Part shown: positions 17,326-27,113 of the stretch, piece by piece | How positions within the stretch are numbered: the first letter of the stretch is position 1 | Layout: each line of letters starts with the position of its first letter | Source of the DNA: Flavobacterium sp. BFFFF1 | GTDB lineage: Bacteria > Bacteroidota > Bacteroidia > Flavobacteriales > Flavobacteriaceae | Length of the DNA: 64,000 nucleotides | NCBI RefSeq assembly: GCF_002256285.1 | Contig: NZ_NKJE01000011.1 | Location: 56,710 to 120,709, forward strand | Direction: 5' to 3' | Made by a program: the position numbers and the translations under genes | Notes under the pieces: generated by a model | The model's input: only the letters and a program-made list of their open reading frames with translations | Databases searched by the model: none | Told to the model about the DNA's origin: nothing

Positions 17326-18942
17326 TTATGACTGTTTTCTTCCCTTTAACAGGTTGATGCTTACTGTTGCAAAATCAGTATCCGGAAAGCGGCGAAAAAT
17401 TTCCGGATCCGGATACAGGCCCGCCTCAGAAGCGATCTTGTTGAACACGTCAATTTCTACAATGTACTGGTCTGAAAAACCATGTGTGGCGTCATAAGCG
17501 GTAGCGGCTGTCCTTCCTAAATTCGCTGCGGTGAGTTTTGGATCAATGGTGTGCAACTCGATCAATAACAAACCGAATTTACTAACATAGGGCGACCATT
17601 TCTGCAAATGTTCGTACAAATTGTCTTCTACAAGTGCGTTGCTGATTCGCCTTCCGCGGTGTGCAAAGGCACCTGTCGAACTGCTGATGCGGCCCTCGCT
17701 GATATGTTTCGGGTCTTCCCAAATGCGGTTATGATCAAGAAACGTACGCACGTTCAGCAAATCCTTTAAGTCAATAGCATAGTTTTCCATCAGGTCCTCC
17801 GCAAGGATATCAGGACGGCCAATATCACCCCAGATCACTTTTGCCCAGATGTCAGCTTTGATAAGGTTGGCACGCGTTACTTTCAGGGCGGCCTGGTTGT
17901 AATCGACACCCACCAGGAACAGCGGATGGTCATCAAGCATTTTACCACGCAGTGTCTGCCTGTCTATCACCTCAAAAATGTGCTGTAAAAACGCGCCATT
18001 TCCGCAACCCATATCCAGTATTCCCTTTGGCTGCTGCTCAATGGGCAGGTTAAAAAGGCGGATCAGGATTTCGTCCACCACCTTAAAATAGGTGTCATGG
18101 GCACCGCCGCTTCCCCAGACATTCATCTCGCGGTCCACGTGGATTTCTTCACTGCCGTCCGGCTGCATCCTCAAGATGGACGGATTGCCAAACATCAGTG
18201 ATTCGATTTTGGCAAACGTCGGCAGGTAGGATACCGTCACGCCATAAGCAGAAGCCCTTTTCGCAAAGAACAATCCGGAGTCGGTAAATTGATAGTTTCC
18301 TTTCTTCTCCATAAACCATCCGAGATGCACAAAAAAATCGAGTATTTTCCTGAATTCGTCAGGGGAACGGTGGTATTCTTCGGGGCGAAAAGATATCTCC
18401 ATGAAATATTTATGAAACATCCCATTCATGCCCAAACGCACCAGTGTGGGGCCAACAAGATAGCCCTCGATATGTTTCAATACCTGCCGCTGAATCTCAT
18501 TTTTAAGGGAATCGTCGGACATTTCCAGGCCATAGCCAGACTTAAACTTTTCAAATATCAAATCAAGCTTCCTGAAAGGCTCCTCCTCAAAAATCCTTGG
18601 ATGGAAATCTGATGAAAAATGAAGCAATTCCACCACATCTTCGTAGAGATAAAACAGTCCAAATGCGGTTTCGCTCTTTTCGTTGGTCCGGAAAGAAATA
18701 ACATCTGAAGCATTATCGACATCATAGTCAATAAATCCCTGCGAAGCCAGGACACGAAGACCTACATTGAGGTAACCCTCGTTGGCTTTAAACAGAGAAA
18801 CCAGGTCAGAAAGAGTAGCTGTTTTGTGTTCAAGCAGGTAGTCAGTGATGCCTTTTTTCTGCAGTGCTACTGCAACGGGCGCGGTAGCAAGTCCGTCGAG
18901 GTGCTTGAAAATCGAGCTGCGGAGTTCGTTCTTTTCTATCAT
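17326..18942 (-). CDS. Stand-alone class I SAM methyltransferase, AprA-MT1-like
   Basis: ILDMGCGNG SAM motif; HVDREMNVWGSGGAHDTYF, RTFLDHNR and IELH motifs; large N-terminal lid region. Start moved to MIEKN. Confidence 0.75.
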   Translation of the reverse strand: MIEKNELRSSIFKHLDGLATAPVAVALQKKGITDYLLEHKTATLSDLVSLFKANEGYLNVGLRVLASQGFIDYDVDNASDVISFRTNEKSETAFGLFYLYEDVVELLHFSSDFHPRIFEEEPFRKLDLIFEKFKSGYGLEMSDDSLKNEIQRQVLKHIEGYLVGPTLVRLGMNGMFHKYFMEISFRPEEYHRSPDEFRKILDFFVHLGWFMEKKGNYQFTDSGLFFAKRASAYGVTVSYLPTFAKIESLMFGNPSILRMQPDGSEEIHVDREMNVWGSGGAHDTYFKVVDEILIRLFNLPIEQQPKGILDMGCGNGAFLQHIFEVIDRQTLRGKMLDDHPLFLVGVDYNQAALKVTRANLIKADIWAKVIWGDIGRPDILAEDLMENYAIDLKDLLNVRTFLDHNRIWEDPKHISEGRISSSTGAFAHRGRRISNALVEDNLYEHLQKWSPYVSKFGLLLIELHTIDPKLTAANLGRTAATAYDATHGFSDQYIVEIDVFNKIASEAGLYPDPEIFRRFPDTDFATVSINLLKGRKQS

Positions 18943-18985
18943 AACATATTGGCTGGATATCCCAAATATAAGAAAAAACAATTTG

Positions 18986-19435
18986 CTATTTCATGATTTG
19001 CCTTTTCGCTTCACCGACTACGAATGCCACCGCGTTGGCGATATTGAAGCTCCGCACCAAAGGTGAAATGGGAATTTTCAAATGGTTTTCAAATTGCGCC
19101 AATACTTCTTTGCTCAATCCCACACTTTCCTTTCCGAACACCAGCCAATCGCCATCCCGGAAATCATTGTCCAGGTAACTCTTCTGCGCATGCGAACTAA
19201 ACAGGAAAACCCGCGATAAGTCCGGTACGGCAGCCATCCATTCCGCCACGTCCTGGTATTCGGTTTTATCGAGATGCACCCAGTAATCGAGTCCGGCGCG
19301 CTTCACACTCGTATCGGTAATCTTGAATCCAAAAGGATGAATCAGGTGCAGGCGGCTTTCAGTACCCACACAAAGACGCCCAATATTTCCGGTATTGTTT
19401 GGGATTTCAGGTTCAACGAGGACAATATTCAACAT
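18986..19435 (-). CDS. trmL: tRNA (cytidine/uridine 34) 2'-O-methyltransferase
   Basis: EPEIPNNTGNIGRLC, RAGLDYW, FGKESVG, RSFNIAN (SPOUT fold). Confidence 0.92.
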   Translation of the reverse strand: MLNIVLVEPEIPNNTGNIGRLCVGTESRLHLIHPFGFKITDTSVKRAGLDYWVHLDKTEYQDVAEWMAAVPDLSRVFLFSSHAQKSYLDNDFRDGDWLVFGKESVGLSKEVLAQFENHLKIPISPLVRSFNIANAVAFVVGEAKRQIMK

Positions 19436-19477
19436 ATGATATAATTTTGATGATAAGACAATCGGAAAAAAACGTTA

Positions 19478-20044
19478 TCAGAGTGTAAATGACGCCACTT
19501 CAAGCACGTCTCCTGATTTCAAATGGTTAAGATACACATTCCCGATCCTCACGCGCACCAGCCGCAGCGTCGGAAATCCCACAGCTGCTGTCATCTTTCG
19601 AACCTGCCGGAATTTTCCTTCCTTTAAAGTGATGGATACCCAGCTTGTAGGGCCATGGCGCTCATCCCGGATTTTTTGCCCCCGTGGCGGCAAGTCAGGT
19701 ACGTCTAACAAACTCGCGTTACATTTACGGGTGGTATATTTTTTTCCATTAAAGCCGATTTCTACACCATTCATCAATTTATCAACCGCATCCTGTGTGA
19801 TCACTCCGTCCACCTGTGCATAATATTCCTTTTCAACTTTCTTTCCGCGTACGATCTCGCTCATCATGCCATCGGTGGTGAGCAGCAGCAATCCCTCTGA
19901 ATCTTCATCGAGACGGCCAATGGCCATCGTGCCTGCTGCGAAAGGATATAATTCACCCAAGAGTTTTTTCTTCCGTTTTAACTCGTAAATGAATTGGCTG
20001 AGATAACCGTATGGCTTGTGGATAATGTAATGATGGTGCTCCAT
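19478..20044 (-). CDS. Pseudouridine synthase (RluE/RsuA family, no S4 domain)
   Basis: GRLDEDSEGLLLLT, EGKFRQVRKMT, PTLRLVR. Start moved to the ATG of MEHH. Confidence 0.9.
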   Translation of the reverse strand: MEHHHYIIHKPYGYLSQFIYELKRKKKLLGELYPFAAGTMAIGRLDEDSEGLLLLTTDGMMSEIVRGKKVEKEYYAQVDGVITQDAVDKLMNGVEIGFNGKKYTTRKCNASLLDVPDLPPRGQKIRDERHGPTSWVSITLKEGKFRQVRKMTAAVGFPTLRLVRVRIGNVYLNHLKSGDVLEVASFTL

Positions 20045-20151
20045 ATATGGCAAAGATAAATCAGCTTTACTTTAAATGTATGTTAAACAGAAAGGATTTG
20101 CGCAGATAAACGCGTAAATTCAGTAATTATAAACGCTAAATATATTGCATC

Positions 20152-20502
20152 ATGGACCACAATAAAGACCTTGGAAACAAAAAAATCAACAACGAACAGG
20201 AAGTCAATGAAGGATTCAGTGGGGAGAATATTCCAAAAGATTACAACCCATCAAAATCCAAATTACAACCTGAAACTGAAACTGACGACAAAGGCAACGA
20301 GCACAATGTCCAACGCGCAAGGAATACCGACACAACGACCGAAAACGAAAGCAACGGCGACGGTAAGGAAACCAAATCGTATGACGGCGACATGAGGTCG
20401 CAGGTTGAAAACAAAGACCGCAATTCAGACATTGCAACCAACCGCTATCCTAATTCGCACCCGGAAAACCACATCAACCGCGGAAATATGGATAACGAAT
20501 GA
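20152..20502 (+). CDS. Hydrophilic low-complexity hypothetical protein
   Basis: 116 aa rich in D/E/N/K/T with almost no hydrophobic core; occupies an otherwise empty gap. Confidence 0.65.
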   Translation: MDHNKDLGNKKINNEQEVNEGFSGENIPKDYNPSKSKLQPETETDDKGNEHNVQRARNTDTTTENESNGDGKETKSYDGDMRSQVENKDRNSDIATNRYPNSHPENHINRGNMDNE

Positions 20503-20787
20503 TTTCTGGTATGCGATAAAAAGGAAACGGAATCGATGCTTAGACAGTAAGCAGCGTTATCCGATTTCGTCAGCGAAAATGAAAAACCGTAAAAGTATAG
20601 TATCTTACTGGTAAACAGTCTTTTCAGAAAAACATAAGTAGAAGTGTTTGTGTAGGATACAAACCGGAAACGATGCTTCTTCTTAATTTCCTGTTAAATT
20701 ATAACACAATGTAAAAATACTATAATCCTGCAGATACACGTTTGAAGTAATTTAGTAAAAAGATTAGGAACTATAAAACCAAACGTT

Positions 20788-21057
20788 ATGAAAACTTTAT
20801 CCTTAATGCTGTCGATAGGTGTATTTGTTGTATCGGGTTACTTTTTTATAAATGATTTCAGGGATTCTGCCGAGTTAAATTACCTTATATATATGAGCCT
20901 TTTGGTAATATTGATGTTGATTTGCGTCGTCGGTGTCATGATCAACCTTCCGATGATTATTCGCCAAAGAAGAAAAATGAGGTCATTGATTTACAACAGC
21001 TATTCTGCCAAACGCATTCCCAACAAGGAATTTGATAAGCAATTCAGCATCCACTAA
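20788..21057 (+). CDS. Small membrane protein with two TM helices and a basic tail
   Basis: Two hydrophobic segments, RQRRKMR tail, followed by a terminator. Confidence 0.7.
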   Translation: MKTLSLMLSIGVFVVSGYFFINDFRDSAELNYLIYMSLLVILMLICVVGVMINLPMIIRQRRKMRSLIYNSYSAKRIPNKEFDKQFSIH

Positions 21058-21083
21058 GTCTATCTATTCTCTATATACTGCTG

Positions 21084-21117
21084 GTTCCGCATCATTTTTT
21101 TGGTGCGGAACTTTTTT
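21084..21117 (+). terminator. Intrinsic terminator
   Basis: GTTCCGCATC/GGTGCGGAAC stem followed by TTTTTT. Confidence 0.75.
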
Positions 21118-21124
21118 ATTTCCG

Positions 21125-21217
21125 GGAGCTGTTCCTGCTCTACACTGTATTTTCTTCTTTTTAAACAAAAAAGAAAAAGGATGCCTGCCGAAGCGTCGGG
21201 ACGATCAGGGCTACTGC
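21125..21217 (-). repeat. Dispersed intergenic element, copy 1 (Flavo-1-like)
   Basis: GGAGCT...T-rich/A-rich stem...AAAAGGATGCC...GGGCTACTGC, shared with 52582-52663. Carries an extra CCGAAGCGTCGGGAC insert. Confidence 0.6.
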
Positions 21218-21315
21218 GGCGCCCCAATTGCAAAAACCACGATTAATCAAAATCAGATAGCCGTCCATTTAATTTGTTTCGTTACTTTTACTTTTCACAA
21301 CAAACGCCACACAAA

Positions 21316-22686
21316 ATGGAAATTGTCACTACGCTGATCGTCTTTATTATTGCCCTCGCCGTCGGAATCTTTATCGGGAAACTCCTATTTTCTGCGCGAT
21401 TTCAGGCAGACAAAACCAGCCTCGAGGAGAAGATAATCTCCCTGAATACCCAATACGCTTATATTGACACCCAATTGAAAAATGAAAAGGCGGCGATGGA
21501 AAAGCAATTGCAGTTACTAATTCAGGAGCGGGAACACATACGTACAGAAAAAGAAGCATTCGCGATACAACTTTCAAAAAAGGAAACGGATTTTGACAAC
21601 CTGCTGGAGCGCCACTCCGAACAAAAGGCAGAAGTCGAAAAACTGCAGGAAAAATTTACAAAAGAATTTGAAAATCTTGCCAATAAGATACTCGAGGAAA
21701 AATCAGTGAAATTTACCGAGCAAAACCGTGAAAACCTTAAAAATATATTGTCACCGCTGCATGAAAAAATACACCTTTTTGAGAAAAAAGTAGAAGACAC
21801 CCACAAGGAAAGCATCGATTACCACGCGGCGCTGCGCCAGCAAATCCTCGGGCTTAGGGAAATGAATGAGCAAATGAGCAAAGAGACACTAAACCTTACC
21901 AAAGCCCTGAAAGGCGACAGCAAGATGCAGGGCAATTGGGGCGAATTGATCCTCGAGCGCGTACTTGAAAAATCAGGTTTGGAAAAAGGAAGGGAATATT
22001 TCGTACAGCAAAGCCATAGTAATGAAGACGGAAGCCGCGTATTTCCCGATGTGGTCATCAACCTGCCCGACGGCAAAAAAATGATTGTAGATTCGAAAGT
22101 GACGCTGACAGCCTATGAACGTTATATAAATGAAGAAGACGATGCCCTGAAAGCTACCTACCTGAAAGACCATGTGCTTTCAGTACGCAGGCATGTGGAA
22201 CAGCTTGGCGATAAAAATTATCATGATCTGTACCAAATGGAAAGCCCGGATTTCGTACTGCTGTTTATTCCCATTGAGTCTGCTTTTGCCACTGCGCTGA
22301 ATGAAGATACCACGCTCTACAACCGCGCTTTTGAAAAGAATATCGTCATCGTGACACCGTCTACACTGCTTGCGACGCTTCGTACGATTGACAGCATGTG
22401 GACAAATCAGAAGCAGCAGGAAAACGCACTCGAAATAGCTAGGCAGGCGGGCGCATTGTACGATAAATTTGAAGGATTTGTCACGGATCTGGTGAAGATT
22501 GGAAAGAAGATGGACGAAGCTAAAACGGAGTACCAGGGCGCGATGAACAAATTGATCGATGGCAAAGGAAACCTGATTACCAGCGTCGAAAAACTCCGGA
22601 AAATGGGCGCCAAGGCGAAGAAAGCGATTCCAGAGAATATTTTGCGGCGCGCCGAAGCCGATGAAAATGATCAAATCGAATCCTGA
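21316..22686 (+). CDS. rmuC: DNA recombination protein RmuC
   Basis: N-terminal TM and coiled coil, QGNWGELIL, PDVVINLP, IVDSK, SPDFVLLFIP. Start moved to MEIVT. Confidence 0.93.
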   Translation: MEIVTTLIVFIIALAVGIFIGKLLFSARFQADKTSLEEKIISLNTQYAYIDTQLKNEKAAMEKQLQLLIQEREHIRTEKEAFAIQLSKKETDFDNLLERHSEQKAEVEKLQEKFTKEFENLANKILEEKSVKFTEQNRENLKNILSPLHEKIHLFEKKVEDTHKESIDYHAALRQQILGLREMNEQMSKETLNLTKALKGDSKMQGNWGELILERVLEKSGLEKGREYFVQQSHSNEDGSRVFPDVVINLPDGKKMIVDSKVTLTAYERYINEEDDALKATYLKDHVLSVRRHVEQLGDKNYHDLYQMESPDFVLLFIPIESAFATALNEDTTLYNRAFEKNIVIVTPSTLLATLRTIDSMWTNQKQQENALEIARQAGALYDKFEGFVTDLVKIGKKMDEAKTEYQGAMNKLIDGKGNLITSVEKLRKMGAKAKKAIPENILRRAEADENDQIES

Positions 22687-23231
22687 TGGAAAAAATATAC
22701 AAACCGGTTTCGGCGTCGCACGTCACTATTTCGGAATTGATGCTGCCGTCGCATTCAAATTTCAGCGGCAAAATCCATGGCGGATATATTTTGTCACTGC
22801 TTGACCAAATTGCCTTTGCCTGTGCATCAAAATTTTCAGGTTTTTATTGTGTTACTGCCTCAGTGGATACGGTAGATTTCCTAAACCCCATAGAAATCGG
22901 GGAATTGGTTACAATGAAAGCCAGTGTGAATTATACTGGAACCAGCTCGATGATCATCGGCATACGTGTGGAATCGGAAAATATCCGTACAGGAACGGTC
23001 AAACATTGCAATTCCTCCTATTTTACAATGGTCGCCAAGGACAAAGACGGCACGAACGCAAAAGTTCCGGGGTTGATACTGTCAGACTTTGAAGATGTGC
23101 GTCGTTTTTACCGCTGTATCAAACAGATTTCACAAAAAAGAGAACGCGACAGCCACGAAGAAATTTTTGATTACAAATCCCGATCAGCACTGGAAAAACT
23201 TAAGGACTACAATGTGCAGGTAGGGTTTTGA
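22686..23231 (+). CDS. Acyl-CoA thioesterase (hotdog fold)
   Basis: NFSGKIHGG, VTASVDTVDF, MIIGIRV motifs. Confidence 0.9.
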   Translation: MEKIYKPVSASHVTISELMLPSHSNFSGKIHGGYILSLLDQIAFACASKFSGFYCVTASVDTVDFLNPIEIGELVTMKASVNYTGTSSMIIGIRVESENIRTGTVKHCNSSYFTMVAKDKDGTNAKVPGLILSDFEDVRRFYRCIKQISQKRERDSHEEIFDYKSRSALEKLKDYNVQVGF

Positions 23232-23381
23232 GCCCGACAACTGTTTTTTTACGATTGCGAGATTTTGCGACAATAGATTAGATATCTTCAATATCTTATC
23301 AACAATACTACATATATAACACATTTACTATGGCTGCGTTAACAAAAATTTATTATTTTTGGTCAGCTTTTTAAAAAACAT

Positions 23382-24527
23382 ATGAGACAGAATTACAAAC
23401 TTTTACCTTATTTATTGTTGCTCACCGCAGTTTTAATCACAACGTTTATCGCCTGTTCGAAAAATGATGACGACGATGAATACGTGGAACCCACTCCGGT
23501 TTCGCCGGTTACCGTGGACTTGACACAGGTACCCTATGCCACACTATCAGAATATAAATTTTTTGATGGTCCGTTGAAAAACCTGAAACCATCGTTGGAC
23601 GTGCTTCCCTATGCACCGGCAAGTTCGTTGTTTTCGGATTACGCCCACAAAAAACGTTTTGTCTGGATGCCAAAAAACACCAAAGCCACTTTCAACAGCG
23701 ATGGAACAATTTTGGAACTTCCTGTAGGCGCGGCGCTAATTAAGAACTTCTATTATGACAACGTGCAAAACATTGCGACACCCGGCGGGACAAGGATTAT
23801 TGAAACCCGGATTATGATTCGCAAATCAACCGGCTGGATTTTTGCTGATTACAAGTGGAATGCCGAGCAAACGGAAGCTACGCTTGATCTTGATGGAAGT
23901 TTTACAGATATAACATGGAAAGATGAAAACAATGTGGTTAAAACCGCCAATTACAGAATTCCGAACGAATCGCAGTGCATCATCTGTCATAAATCGCGAG
24001 ACATCAATGATGTAGTTACGTTTATACCGATTGGGATTAAGCCACAAAACCTGAATTTCGACTACAACTATGGAACTGAAACCAAGAACCAGTTGACAAA
24101 ATGGATTGAAGCAGGTTATCTGGATAGCAATTTTACATTTCCGACCGCGGAAAACACTACGATCGATTACAATGACACCTCAAAACCTTTGGAATTGCGT
24201 GCCCGCAGCTATGTAGACATTAACTGCGCGCACTGTCACGGTGTGGATCGCCATTGCGATTACAGGCCTATGCGATTTGCTTTTTCCGAAACAAAGAACA
24301 ATCTGGTGAATATGGGGGTTTGCGTCAACACCCAAGACATGCAGGGATTTTCACCCTCTTTGGGTAAAATCATTACCGGAGGAAGACCTGAAGAGTCGAT
24401 GTTGTATTACAGGATCAACACTACAGACGAAACTTACAGAATGCCGCTTCATGGAAGAACGGTAATCCACGAAGAAGGTGTTGCCTTGATGCGTGACTGG
24501 ATTAACACACTGGACCGCTGTAATTAA
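23382..24527 (+). CDS. Diheme c-type cytochrome lipoprotein (SO2930-like)
   Basis: Lipobox FIAC then SKNDDDDE; LFSDYAHKKRFVW, IETRIM; two CxxCH motifs (CIICH, CAHCH); RMPLHGR. Confidence 0.8.
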   Translation: MRQNYKLLPYLLLLTAVLITTFIACSKNDDDDEYVEPTPVSPVTVDLTQVPYATLSEYKFFDGPLKNLKPSLDVLPYAPASSLFSDYAHKKRFVWMPKNTKATFNSDGTILELPVGAALIKNFYYDNVQNIATPGGTRIIETRIMIRKSTGWIFADYKWNAEQTEATLDLDGSFTDITWKDENNVVKTANYRIPNESQCIICHKSRDINDVVTFIPIGIKPQNLNFDYNYGTETKNQLTKWIEAGYLDSNFTFPTAENTTIDYNDTSKPLELRARSYVDINCAHCHGVDRHCDYRPMRFAFSETKNNLVNMGVCVNTQDMQGFSPSLGKIITGGRPEESMLYYRINTTDETYRMPLHGRTVIHEEGVALMRDWINTLDRCN

Positions 24528-24554
24528 TTTAAGAACCAACCTAAACTAAAAATA

Positions 24555-27035
24555 ATGAAGTTAAAAAATTACAAAACAACAAAGATATCGCTGGTCTGTA
24601 GTCTTAAGCTATTGATATTGACAACTTTTGCCGGCATACAGTTTGGCTATTCACAAAACAGTTGCGCGACCGCAATTCCAATCACCCAGGGAAACTATAC
24701 TGTGGATGCGATAAACGGGTCAAACATCTCCACGACGTGTTCTACCGCGGCGCTTGGAGAATGGTACAGTTATACCCCTCTTGTAAACCATAGTGTAACT
24801 GTTAGTTCGGATCTGCCTGAAAACAGCTGTAAAGACACTAATTTCAGCGTTTATACCGGAACGTGCAATGGTTTGACCTGTTACGCTGAGGATGATGACG
24901 GGGGTAATATTATTTGCACAAATAACAACCAGTCCTATCTGTCAACTAAGACTTTTGACGCGATGGCTGGCGTAACTTACTATATTGTTTGGGATAACAA
25001 GTGGAGCACTACCGGTTTTGCATTTAAGCTTACCGAAGCTGCTTTCGTTCCGAGTCCCTGTTCTACGGCGACTGCAGTTACTGCGGGAATAACTTCAGTG
25101 GCTGCGATAGATGGAGCAAACATCAATACGAATTGCTCTTCAACATCGCAAGCAAAATGGTACGCTTACAGCCCGTCTCAGGATTACCACGTAACGGTGT
25201 CATCGGACTTGGCTGTAAACCTTTGCAAAAACACCAATTTTAGTGTATACACGGGATCTTGTTCTGGAGGCCTTACTTGTGTATCCGGCGATGACGATTC
25301 AGGGATTTTAGTTTGTGACTCCGGAAACAACCTTTCTAACTTGTCCAAGAAATCCTTCAATGTTACGGCGGGTACCATATATTATATTGTTTGGGATGAC
25401 AAGTATTCCGCGGACGGTTTCGATTTTGAACTTATTGAAGCACCTATCGTTTATCCAGTAACCTATACCGCTCAGAACATCGGCACCATTAATAGCGGCT
25501 TTAACAATTGCGTAGTCGATATGAACGGTGATTCATTGGATGATATCGTCGGCGTAAGCAACAATGCACTCAAAATTCATTATCAAAATACCAACGGCAC
25601 GTTTACAGTCGGAAACTTCACGGTTCCGGGAACGGGATTCCAACCTGATTGGAGTATTGCCGCCGGCGATTACAATAAAGATGGATTCAATGACCTGCTA
25701 CTTGGAAGCAGTAACGGCCTTACATTTTGGAGATCAAATGCTACGGGTACCGCATACACCAGCGTTACTCCGGGCCAGTACATTTTCTGCCAGAGAACAA
25801 ATTTTGTTGACATTAACAATGACGGAAATCTCGATGCATTCTCCTGCCACGATATCAATCCAAATGTCTATTATATTAACAATGGAACGGGAGGGATGAC
25901 ATACTACCAATCTGGCGTCACCTCGGGGGCCTATTCTTTAGGAATTACTCCAGGAGGCGGAAATTATGCTTCTCTTTGGACAGATTACGACAACGACGGT
26001 GATGTCGATATGTTTATATCTAAATGCTCAGGACCTCCGTGCGAGTTACACCGCAACGATGGGAATGGTGTTTTTACCGATGTTTCTGCGCTGGCCGGAA
26101 TCAATGTAACCCCAATCCAGTCATGGTCTTCTGCAATTGCTGACTTTGATAACGATGGTGACATGGATATCATCATTGGCTCGAACGGAGCGGTTGGGCA
26201 CAAATTTTTCAGGAATGACCTTGACACCTCTAACAGCACAGAAGAAGCTTTCACCAATATTACTTTAGGCTCAGGTTGGGATACAGATGGTACCAATAAC
26301 AGGGATTACATTGCGTATGATTTCGACAACAATGGATTCGTCGACGTATTAGGTAGTGGAGGCAAAATAATGTTTAACCAGGGAGATAATACTTTTGCTC
26401 CAAGCGAATACCCTGCAATTAGCGTTGGTGGCGTGGGAGACCTCAATAACGACGGCTTTTTGGATATCCAGATTGGAAATACAATTCAATATGCAGTACC
26501 AAATGGGAATCACTGGATTAAAGTGGCGCTTAAAGGCGTTCAAAGTAATAGTAATGGTATAGCTGCGAGGGTTGAAATATATGGTGCATGGGGTAAACAA
26601 ATGCGTGACATCAGAAGTGGTGAGGGATTTGAATTCATGAGTTCATTAAATGCTCACTTTGGTATCGGTAGCGCAACTGCAATCGATAAAGTTGTGATTA
26701 CCTGGCCAAGTGGAACAATTGACGTCATCAACAATCCTGCGATTGACAGCATGCTTAAAATAACTGAAGCGTCTTTCCCTCTTGCAATTACTGAGGCCGA
26801 AAATGAATCATTTATAATTTACCCAAACCCAGCAGGCGACACGATTAACATCAAAACCAAATCAAATGCCGGGATAATTAAAGCGGAAATATATGACCTG
26901 ACCGGTAAACTGATTCTCAAAAAAGAATCGGTGAACAGCAGTATACCGGTAAACAGCCTTTCAAATGGAACCTATATGTTGAAAGTGTTGGATGTAAATG
27001 GCCATCAATACACTCAAAAATTTGTAAAATCATAA
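24555..27035 (+). CDS. T9SS-secreted FG-GAP/ASPIC-UnbV protein with two N-terminal six-Cys repeats
   Basis: Signal peptide, two repeats of about 130 aa, seven Dx(D/N)xDG-type motifs, NHWIKV...AHFGIG ASPIC-like domain, IYPNP...QKFVKS C-terminal domain. Confidence 0.85.
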   Translation: MKLKNYKTTKISLVCSLKLLILTTFAGIQFGYSQNSCATAIPITQGNYTVDAINGSNISTTCSTAALGEWYSYTPLVNHSVTVSSDLPENSCKDTNFSVYTGTCNGLTCYAEDDDGGNIICTNNNQSYLSTKTFDAMAGVTYYIVWDNKWSTTGFAFKLTEAAFVPSPCSTATAVTAGITSVAAIDGANINTNCSSTSQAKWYAYSPSQDYHVTVSSDLAVNLCKNTNFSVYTGSCSGGLTCVSGDDDSGILVCDSGNNLSNLSKKSFNVTAGTIYYIVWDDKYSADGFDFELIEAPIVYPVTYTAQNIGTINSGFNNCVVDMNGDSLDDIVGVSNNALKIHYQNTNGTFTVGNFTVPGTGFQPDWSIAAGDYNKDGFNDLLLGSSNGLTFWRSNATGTAYTSVTPGQYIFCQRTNFVDINNDGNLDAFSCHDINPNVYYINNGTGGMTYYQSGVTSGAYSLGITPGGGNYASLWTDYDNDGDVDMFISKCSGPPCELHRNDGNGVFTDVSALAGINVTPIQSWSSAIADFDNDGDMDIIIGSNGAVGHKFFRNDLDTSNSTEEAFTNITLGSGWDTDGTNNRDYIAYDFDNNGFVDVLGSGGKIMFNQGDNTFAPSEYPAISVGGVGDLNNDGFLDIQIGNTIQYAVPNGNHWIKVALKGVQSNSNGIAARVEIYGAWGKQMRDIRSGEGFEFMSSLNAHFGIGSATAIDKVVITWPSGTIDVINNPAIDSMLKITEASFPLAITEAENESFIIYPNPAGDTINIKTKSNAGIIKAEIYDLTGKLILKKESVNSSIPVNSLSNGTYMLKVLDVNGHQYTQKFVKS

Positions 27036-27041
27036 TTTGAT

Positions 27042-27077
27042 AAAAGCGGCTTGGAAATATACAAGCCGCTTTTTTTT
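27042..27077 (+). terminator. Intrinsic terminator between the tandem paralogs
   Basis: AAAAGCGGCTTG-GAAATATA-CAAGCCGCTTTTTTTT. Confidence 0.85.
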
Positions 27078-27113
27078 CGAACATATTTAATCAACCATCA
27101 AAACTATAGTAAT

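Noticed and set aside
21316-22686. RmuC as a restriction or defence system
   Set aside because: It has a nuclease-like motif but is a widespread gene, with no methylase or other defence partner nearby.
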